64,000 bases of DNA from Octopus sinensis (lineage: Eukaryota). Below, one piece after another: positions 55,693 through 64,000 of the stretch; within the stretch, counting starts at the first letter, position 1; each line of letters begins with the position of its first letter. The DNA lies in assembly GCF_006345805.1 (NCBI RefSeq), contig NC_043007.1, positions 58,900,001 to 58,964,000 on the forward strand. The letters are read 5' to 3'. Position numbers and translations under genes: made by a program. Below the pieces are notes generated by a model. It was not told the DNA's origin. It saw only the letters and a program-made list of their open reading frames with translations, and did no database searches.

Positions 55693-56029
55693 GTTGCTTA
55701 TGCATCTTTCTTACACACATGTCTGAATGTATGTACGTATTTGTGTAATATCTATATGTATAAGCCTCAGACGGCAATTAATAGCAGGTCATTCGACTCC
55801 AATGTATAACACAAAGTTCATACTTTAAGTTCGACGACTGGTTCATTAAGGTAAACATCACTAAATGTGTAATTACATAATTTGGTCAATTATCACAATT
55901 ATGACATTATACATTTAATTACGTTTATCATAATGAAACAGCTGTTGAGCACAAAACCCGAACTTTTATGTATGTATTGATATGTTGCATTTCTTTTGCA
56001 AGATTCTCGAAGCGAAACTTAAAATGGGC

Positions 56030-56650
56030 TTGTCATTATTGATGGTCATTATACCAATAAAATTATTATGTTTCTTAGTAAATTAATTTGGTCTCTAAAG
56101 GAACAGTTTGATTTGGAATGGAATATTCTATCTATATCCTTTCCTTATGATAAAGGGAAATCTTTTTGTTCGCTTTGTAATGATGAACTGTATTTCATCC
56201 TGTTTTCAGAGAATCCTCTTGTAAACACGTTTAAAGAACGCATTTATTGTTGCAAACATTGGCAAAAACATACCTTTAGTTCCTATAAGTGATTTATACC
56301 AGTCTATAAAATTCGACCTTTAACTGTCTTCTTACATTGCACTTCCACTAAATATATCTAATTCCATACCTTTAATCTTTATTCCTATTCACCTATCGCA
56401 CTATATTTCTCCACTTTTAGTTTTCTGCTAATTTCTTTCTTCCTCCTCCTTTTTTTCATAAATTACCTTTGACATTATATCTATTAACAGTTTTAAAAAA
56501 AAAATAACTTATCAGTATTCATATTCATTAAAATGTCTTATTGATGTGTTTTGTTTCTCTTTTTTTCCCTGATGAGAAGATTGCATTGTTTTACATCATT
56601 TATTCCTTCTGGAATAATACCAATGTTTTCTTTAAAACATATGCCAGAAG
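56030..56650 (+). mobile_element. Penelope-like retroelement 3' fragment with degenerate hammerhead motif
   Basis: LSKLIWSLK..WNIL..Y..CSLCNDE..I..N..E..CCKH resembles the C-terminus of PLE GIY-YIG-type proteins. Downstream CTGATGAG (56569)...AAACATATGCC. Confidence 0.7.
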
Positions 56651-56845
56651 TATAAAGATTTGAATAACACCTGCGTTTAACTCCATCTATTTATTTATCT
56701 ATGTTATACAAAAATACTTTACCAACATTCTACCTTTATGAGTACACTGTTACATCCTTGGAACTTATATGAATTTTTGCTACCCCGGCAACTATTTATT
56801 TTTTCCATGTTATTTGTAAATATTGAAAAAATACACATACATATA

Positions 56846-57205
56846 CTCTTTTACTTGTTTCAGTCATCTGACTGCAGCCATGCTGGAGCACTGCCTTTAA
56901 TCGAGCAACTCGACCCCGGGACTTATTCTTTTGTAAGCCCAGTACTTATTCTATCGGTCTCTTTTGCCGAACCGCTAAGTAACGGAGACATAAACACACC
57001 AGCATCGGTTGTCAAGCAATGCTAGAGGGACAAACATATATACGACGGGCTTCTTTCAGTTTCCGTCTACCAAATCCACTCACAAGGCTTTGGTCGGCCC
57101 GAGGTTATAGTAGGAGACACTTGCCCAAGGTGCCATGCAGTGGGACTGAACCCGGGACCATGTGGTTGGTAAACAAGCTACTTACCACACAGCCACTCCT
57201 GCGCC
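56846..57205 (-). mobile_element. SINE family A, near-intact copy
   Basis: Nearly identical to 44232-44609. Confidence 0.95.
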
Positions 57206-57209
57206 TATA

Positions 57210-57440
57210 TTTATTTCTTTATTACCCACAAGGGGCTAAACATAGAGGGGACAAACAAGGACAGACAAAGGGATTAAGTCGATTACATCAACTCCAGTAT
57301 GCAACTGGTACTTAACTTATTGACCCCGAAAGGATGAAAGGCAAAGTTGACCTTGGTGGAATTTGAACTCAGAACGAAATGGCAGACGAAATACTACTAA
57401 GCATTTCGCCTGGTGTGCTAACGTTTCTTTCAGCTCACCA
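57210..57440 (-). mobile_element. SINE family B with alternative tail, abutting the family A copy
   Basis: Central TTTGCCTTTCATCCTTTCGGGGTC domain and tail TTTAGCCCCTTGTGGGTAATAAAGAAATA. Confidence 0.88.
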
Positions 57441-57571
57441 ACTTACATATACATGTATATATATATATATATAACAGGAAGCTTTATGAAAATATACAAA
57501 AGACGAAGGCAGGTGGAATACAAACAAACAATTGTATTAGTATGGCGCTCAGGAAATATAAATAAAACAAG

Positions 57572-57609
57572 TCTTTAACGTTTCGAGCCTACGCTCTTCA
57601 ACAGAAAGA
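57572..57609 (-). ncRNA. Minimal hammerhead-ribozyme-like motif with variant core, in insert ~57473-57680
   Basis: UCUUU-CUGUUGA-A-GAGC(GUAG)GCUC-GAAAC-GU-U-AAAGA. Helix I, helix II and a loopless palindromic helix III are all present. Confidence 0.6.
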
Positions 57610-57710
57610 TACACAGAGAAGAAACACAGAAAGAAGGAGAGAAAAAAAATGCATGCAGAGGCTAGCGAATCAACATGGCGATCTATATATACACATACAT
57701 ACATACATAC

Positions 57711-57741
<31 letters not shown>

Positions 57742-57762
57742 CATATATATATACATATATAC

Positions 57763-57843
<81 letters not shown>

Positions 57844-57897
57844 CACATACATATATATATATACACACATATATATATTTATTTATTTATATATATA

Positions 57898-59290
57898 TTT
57901 TTTTTTATCTAGTTTCAGCTCACTAGCTGTGGCCATGCTGGGGCACCGCCATTTGGTGTTGCTACATCATTTTACTTCACGAATGCTTTTTAGCAATTGC
58001 CATTTGGTGCATGAGAGAGTTCAATGCAACTGCCCTCATCTTTACCTCCTGCCGTGAAGTTGGTTCATCTGGGATACCTGACAAGAAGAGATCCAGTTTC
58101 ATTTTAAAGACGTCTGCATCCACCCCATGCAGGTCTCTTAGGTTCTTCGGGAGGATATTGAAGAGCTGTGGGCCTTGGAAGCCCAGGCTATCACAGTATC
58201 TTGTCCTACATCTTGATGGCAAATTTGGAGTCCTTGGCACTATGCAGTGGCGCCCAGTTCTGGCATTTGTGTAACTCTCGATGCCAAAGTTTGGGACAAG
58301 TCCTTCTAGGATCTTCCAGATGTATATTATGGCATATCTTTCTCGCCTACGCTCTAAGGAATAGAGTCTCAATCTCTTGAGTCTTTCCCAATAGCTTATA
58401 TGCTGCACAGAGGTTATCTTCTTCGTGTAGCTTCGTTGGATCGCCTCAAGTTCTGTGATTAACTTGACACTGGATGGTGACCATAGCTGAGAGCAATAGT
58501 CAAAGTGGCTTAGGACAAGTGTCCTCCAGAGGACCATCATGATTTCCTGGTCTCTTGTTCTGAAGGTTCTAAGAATCCATCCTGTCAGCCGCCTATATTT
58601 CATTGCCAATTTAGCAACATGCACATGAAAGGTTGCATCGTCACTCATGTAAATACCCAGGTCTCACACTGATTGTGCCTCTGGGATTGCAGTCCCTCCA
58701 GGTCCAGTGTATTTATTGGGTATTGCATTTAGTTTTGCGTGCTGATAGCATAGAGCTTGAAACTTTTCAGCATTGAACTGCATGCTTTTCTTTTCAGCCC
58801 ACTTGTATATTTTGTCCAGCTCACATTGCAGGTGCTTAGTGTCTTCAGGGTTCTGTATTGCCTGTGAAACTTTTGTATCATCTGCATAACTTGTGATCGT
58901 GGCTGAGGGCATGTCTGAGAGGGCCATTATGAACAGTAGTGGTCCCAAAAAAGTGCCTTGTGGAACACCGCTCACTATTTGCGTGTTAGTGGAAGTGGCC
59001 CCATTGGCTACTACCACCTGACTTCTATCCTTCAGAAAGTCATGAAGCCACTCTCTCAATTTTCCAACTTTGCCAAGATCACGCAGTTTGTGACATAGCA
59101 TTCCATGACCGACTTTATCAAAGGCCTATGCAAGGTCGAGATACATGACTTCCACATTTGAGTGGTTGAGCAGTCGTTTCAGCACCCAGTCATAGTGTTG
59201 TAGGAGCTGAGTTAAGCAGCTTCTTCCTGGCCAGAAACCATGTTGAATGTCAGGCAGCAAGTCATTTTCTTCAAGGAAGGTGATTAGTTT
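57898..59290 (-). mobile_element. 5'-truncated LINE (CR1/L2-group-like), RT plus C-terminus plus tail, lightly decayed
   Basis: [56 protein letters not shown]. One stop and a frameshift. 3' end GCTGAAACTAGAT(A)n. Confidence 0.95.
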
Positions 59291-59321
59291 ACATATATAT
59301 ATATGCATATATATATATATA

Positions 59322-59411
<90 letters not shown>

Positions 59412-59415
<4 letters not shown>

Positions 59416-59500
59416 GGGAAGCTTTATGAAAATAGACAAAAGACGAAGTCAGGTGGAAAACAAACGAACAATTGTATTAGTATGGCGCTCAGGAAATATA
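59412..59500 (-). mobile_element. Truncated second copy of the 57473 insert
   Basis: GGAAGCTTTATGAAAATA.ACAAAAGACGAAG.CAGGTGGAA.ACAAAC.AACAATTGTATTAGTATGGCGCTCAGGAAATATA is shared with 57477-57560. Confidence 0.85.
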
Positions 59501-59577
59501 TACATATATATATATATATATATACATATATATATACATATATATATATATACTTATATATATACATACATATATAT

Positions 59578-59627
<50 letters not shown>

Positions 59628-59641
59628 TATATATATATATA

Positions 59642-60133
59642 TCTATATATATAAAACTGTAGTTGTGTGAGTGTCTGTCCCCTTCGATTTAAATTCCTAA
59701 CTACTCCCACATTTTGCGGTGCAGTTTAGCCAAATTCGGGTATCTTATAGTCATGATTCATATCGAGCCCGTCTGGGTATTAGCATGAGTCTACAATTTT
59801 AAAAATAATTTAACATCATTTTTTATTCCATTTTAATGTATAATTTTTCGTGTGTCGATGGCGGCGAAGTTGGCGTCCATGGTCACATCTGCACCTGTTT
59901 GCTTCTTCCCTCCCTCGTGAATCTGTGGGGAAGGGAGTGTAAGGAAATCAACGTTGTAAAGCGTTGTCAAGGAGACCAGCGTTCTTTTAGAACAACGACT
60001 TCATGGCTTGAAGACACCAAAACAGAAATGGCTAAGAAAGCCCGAATTGGCATCTATAAGGGAAGTAACTCTCTAAAAATGCTTATATAGTTATTTCCCT
60101 TACAAACCCGAGCAACGCTGGGCGATACTGCTA

Positions 60134-60134
<1 letters not shown>
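59642..60134 (+). mobile_element. Complete non-autonomous Helitron, 493 bp
   Basis: A|TC 5' end, subterminal hairpin CCCGAGCAACGCTGGG, CTAG|T 3' end, inserted in (TA)n. Confidence 0.85.
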
Positions 60135-60192
<58 letters not shown>

Positions 60193-60283
60193 TATATACA
60201 TATATATATACATATATACATACATATATACATACATATATATATATACATACATATATACATACATATATATATATACATAC

Positions 60284-60314
<31 letters not shown>

Positions 60315-60365
60315 CATATATATATACATACATATATATATACATACATATATATATATACATAC

Positions 60366-60407
<42 letters not shown>

Positions 60408-60702
60408 CATATATATATTACATACATATATATATATACCTACATATATATATATATATACATACATACATATATATATACATACATACATATATATATA
60501 TATACATACATACATATATATATACATACATATATATATATATATATACATACATATATATATATATATACATTCATACATATATATATATACATTCATA
60601 CATATATATATATATATATATATACATACATATATATATATATAAATACATACATACATATATATATATATATACACACACACTCATATATATATATATA
60701 TA
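60135..60702. repeat. (TA)n/(TACA)n compound microsatellite
   Basis: Seen directly. Similar tracts at 7150-7290, 57685-57895 and 59291-59640. Confidence 0.95.
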
Positions 60703-60973
60703 CTCTTTTACTTGTTTCAATCATTTGACTGTTGCCACGCTGGAGCACCGCCCCTAGTCTACCCCAGGACCCACTCTTTGCAACCCCAGTACTTATTCCA
60801 CCAGTTGTCAAGCAATGTTAGGGGTACAAGCACAGACACACAAACATATACACATACATACATATATATATAAAGTTAATCCAAACAAGAAAACACAAAA
60901 AAGACACAACAACGCGAGGACGTGGAACAAATAAAGTATTATTGGACGCTCAGGAAAGAAGGGAAGAAGGAGA

Positions 60974-61008
60974 GTTTAACGTTTCGAGCGGAGCTCTTCG
61001 TCGGAAAC
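60974..61008 (-). ncRNA. Minimal hammerhead-ribozyme-like motif in insert ~60872-61042
   Basis: GUUU-CCGACGA-A-GAGC(UCC)GCUC-GAAAC-GU-U-AAAC. Confidence 0.65.
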
Positions 61009-61059
61009 ATAGGAGAAGGGAAGACAGAGGAAAAAAATCGCCAGCGGTACTCACGAGGT

Positions 61060-61099
<40 letters not shown>

Positions 61100-61200
61100 G
61101 CTTCTTTCAGTTTCCATCTACCAGATCCACTCACAAATCTAGAACTTTTATCATCAGTCTTACATTTATTTTCGCCAGTGTGTGTGTATATATATATATA

Positions 61201-62432
61201 CAGGTTGCGTAAGGACAAATTTATGTTTATAATGAAACCTATATAATAACAGATAATAACTTTATCTAAAAATGCTATAAGGATAAAAATAAACCTTTTC
61301 TATAATGTTATTCAATAAAGCCACCTTCAGCTTCAACAACTGCTTCTATATGAGATCTAAATATCTATATGCTCGAATCAAGTGGTCCTGGTTTATTTTG
61401 GACATTACTCTGACTATGGCAGCTTTCAAAGAATCTTTGGTGTTATGGGCACATTCATTGGCCTCTCTCTCAACAATACTTCATATGTAATAGTTCAATG
61501 GACTGAGATCTGAAGAATTAGGAGGCCAAATGTAAGGGGTTATGTGATCATGAAAATTTTCAGCCACCCATTCCTGTATTACTAGAGCCATATGTAGATA
61601 GTACAGAGTCTTACTGAAACATTGGGCCTTCCATTGCATACACTGTCTATCCAGGGCTTAACAATTATTTCCAGGACCTCAATGTAGGTGGCAGAGTTAA
61701 CTCTAAGGCCTTGTGGAAAGAAGTAAGAGGCATCACATGTCCTTCAATGCTGACAACCCCTAAAACCATGACAGTTGCAGGAAATTTTGTATGGATAACA
61801 CTTGGAACTTCAGAAGGGTCTGCATATAACCATCTGACATTTCTTCTGTTAAGTTTTTGATCTTGGTTGAAGTTTTCCTTGTTTGAGAAAAACCAAATCA
61901 AATCTTCTGCTGGATTTCTTAGTTTGTTTAAGAGCCTTTTAGATCAGATGTAGTGATTTTCTTTCACTTTTTCTGACAAATTGACCTTTTCTCATCATAT
62001 AAGATTTATATCTTGATGTCTTCGTGGACAACATTTTTTACTATTCCTTTTTGACACATGGAGATCTTTTGCAATTGACCTCATGGACTTTCTGGGATTG
62101 TAATCAATGGTCTGTTGAAGTTGCTGGATAAATTCAGATGTCCTGATGATTTCAGAGTGTTTAGAATGCTTTTTATGCTTTGATACTGGTGTTACATTTC
62201 CATCTTCAGTCTCTAGCTCCTTACAAACTTTGTAGGTGAAAGATCTGGCAAAATTGAGATATTTCTAAATCGCTATGCTCAGCCTTTATAACCACAATAA
62301 CAGCATGCCTCTTCATTTCTTGAGTAAGCTGAGTGTCTAGCATTATTATTTTCTGAAACAAAGATTATACAGAGTTAGTAAAAAATGCAGCAATTACTCA
62401 GAAAAGGTATGTCCTCAAATACTTTACACACC
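61201..62432 (-). mobile_element. Decayed Tc1/mariner-superfamily transposon (maT-like)
   Basis: WFFSNKENFNQDQKLNRRNVRWL..HTKFPATVMVLGVVS.EGHVMP and WPPNSSDLSPLNYY. Left end TA|CAGG. Catalytic spacing cannot be verified because of frameshifts. Confidence 0.85.
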
Positions 62433-62954
62433 TCCTCAACTTATGACTGACTGACAGGTTGCAATTTGATCTGGTCGTATGTCGGATTTATATTTTTCAA
62501 CACTATTTTCATTCAAACGGGTTATAAAAATATAAAACACAAAAATTCAATCCATAATTATTGTATATAATGTGAAAAATACATATGTACTCTATTGCAC
62601 TGTAAACAAAAATACAATCTAAAATTAATGCAAATGAAATGCCACATACGTTCAATGAAGAAAATTGTTCCTGTGAAAAAAGTGCAATTGAAAATAAATT
62701 TTCAATTTTCAGTCATGTTCTTGGATTGAGGTAGATAGCTTTTCAAAGAACTTGGTGAGCTTTGCTTGAATAGTTTGTTTTTTTTTGTCATATATCTTAT
62801 AACAATGCACAGCATCTTGGATAATATGCTCAACCTTTGCAAAACGTTTGACTTTTTGTTATCATAAGTGCGAATGGTCATAAGTTGAGGAGAAGGTGTA
62901 TATATGTGTTTATATATATGTATATATATATATAGAGAGAGAGAGAGTGATACA

Positions 62955-63585
62955 GACCACCAGATGCTGTTATACACTGCTGGTTACAATGCACTTCCAA
63001 TTCTGTTTTGATTGCACTATTTTCTATCAACCCAGATTGCTTGACTAAATCATATTCCAATTATTGTGGTGGCTTTTTTTGATCTCTTGGCTACAACTTG
63101 GCGACTGCATGGGTCTACCTGTTGTCTGTGAACCTTGTGATATATCTGGCCCATCAGAACTTGTGTTTTTGGTACTCTGCAATCACATAGTTCACTCCAC
63201 TTCATTCTCTAATTATTTCGTTTCAAATGTGTTGTTTTAATGATACTCCTACCATGGATCTTTCCATGCCTTTTGCATCATAGCCAATTGATCTTTTATC
63301 CTCTTTGTAGTAGCCCACATCTCGCTTGCAGGTAGGATGGTGTTATTGAAAAGTCTAGCATTGTTTGGAGCATGTCCTTTATTGAGTTAAATGCCTTCCA
63401 TCCTACCCTTATTCTCTTTGAGATTTCAGCATCTATATCTCCATGCATATTCACTGTGTGCCCTAATTAGAGGTAATCCTTTACCTCCTTGATTTCATTG
63501 CTTTCCACCTCTACTTGGCCATGTGTTATGTATTCTGATCACATATATTTCATTTTCATGTGGTTCATTTGGAAGCTAAACTGAA
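62955..63585 (-). mobile_element. Decayed RTE-clade LINE fragment
   Basis: ARLFNNTILP..ASEMWATTK and WARYITRFTDNR*THAV..PRD motifs of the RTE C-terminal region. Confidence 0.75.
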
Positions 63586-63739
63586 GAGGTAATAAATGAC
63601 CTGCTCACCTAACCAGTGGGATGGCTTCAACATAAAAGCTAAAATAATGCAAGGAAATGGTCCTCAGTAATACAATCAGGATCAAATAAATCTTGGCAAA
63701 TTAACTTAGAAGGACCTCCACTTATCTTAGGCAAGCAGG

Positions 63740-64000
63740 TTATTCTGAAAGAATATGTAAATATTCCAGATTCTTGAACAAGGTTTGTATAGCAGTTGTT
63801 TACTGGTCTCAGGCATCCTGTAAATCCTTATATGTATCAATAGTACAATTGGTACATATTATGCTGGGTTCCCAGCCAAATGTTTTTTCATGTTGGCAAA
63901 CAAATGATAGTCAGATGGGGGCCAAATTAGGAAAATAGGGAGGGTGATCAACCAGTTCAAAGCTACAGCCATGCACAACAGCCATTGAAGACAAGGACTT
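63740..64000 (-). mobile_element. Mariner transposase fragment, cut by the window end
   Basis: Minus strand FELVDHPPYFPNLAPSDYHLFANMKKHLAG (cf. HPPYSPDLAPSDYHLF). Confidence 0.85.

Overview
AT-rich, microsatellite- and SINE-dense animal genomic DNA. The SINE, RTE and (TA)n landscape looks like coleoid cephalopod DNA, probably Octopus (inference). One protein-coding gene is supported, on the minus strand: a ZFAND3-type A20/AN1 zinc-finger gene. Four coding exons join in frame: 51359-51307, 47136-47096, 6499-6383 and 3170-2627, giving [36 protein letters not shown]... The AN1 exons were not found and probably lie beyond the window start. The 40.6-kb intron 2 and the upstream region hold decayed mariner, pogo/Tigger and maT-like transposons, RTE and CR1/L2-like LINEs, a Penelope-like fragment, Helitrons, several tRNA-SINE families, a 5-kb minisatellite and a 100-N gap. 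Most interesting observations: short (TA)n-associated inserts carrying minimal hammerhead-ribozyme folds, a LINE/SINE shared tail with compensatory stem changes, a possible internal promoter at a CpG-depletion boundary, a candidate poison exon, and several long fold-backs. Almost all listed ORFs are microsatellite or repeat artefacts. Repeat coordinates were read by eye and are approximate.
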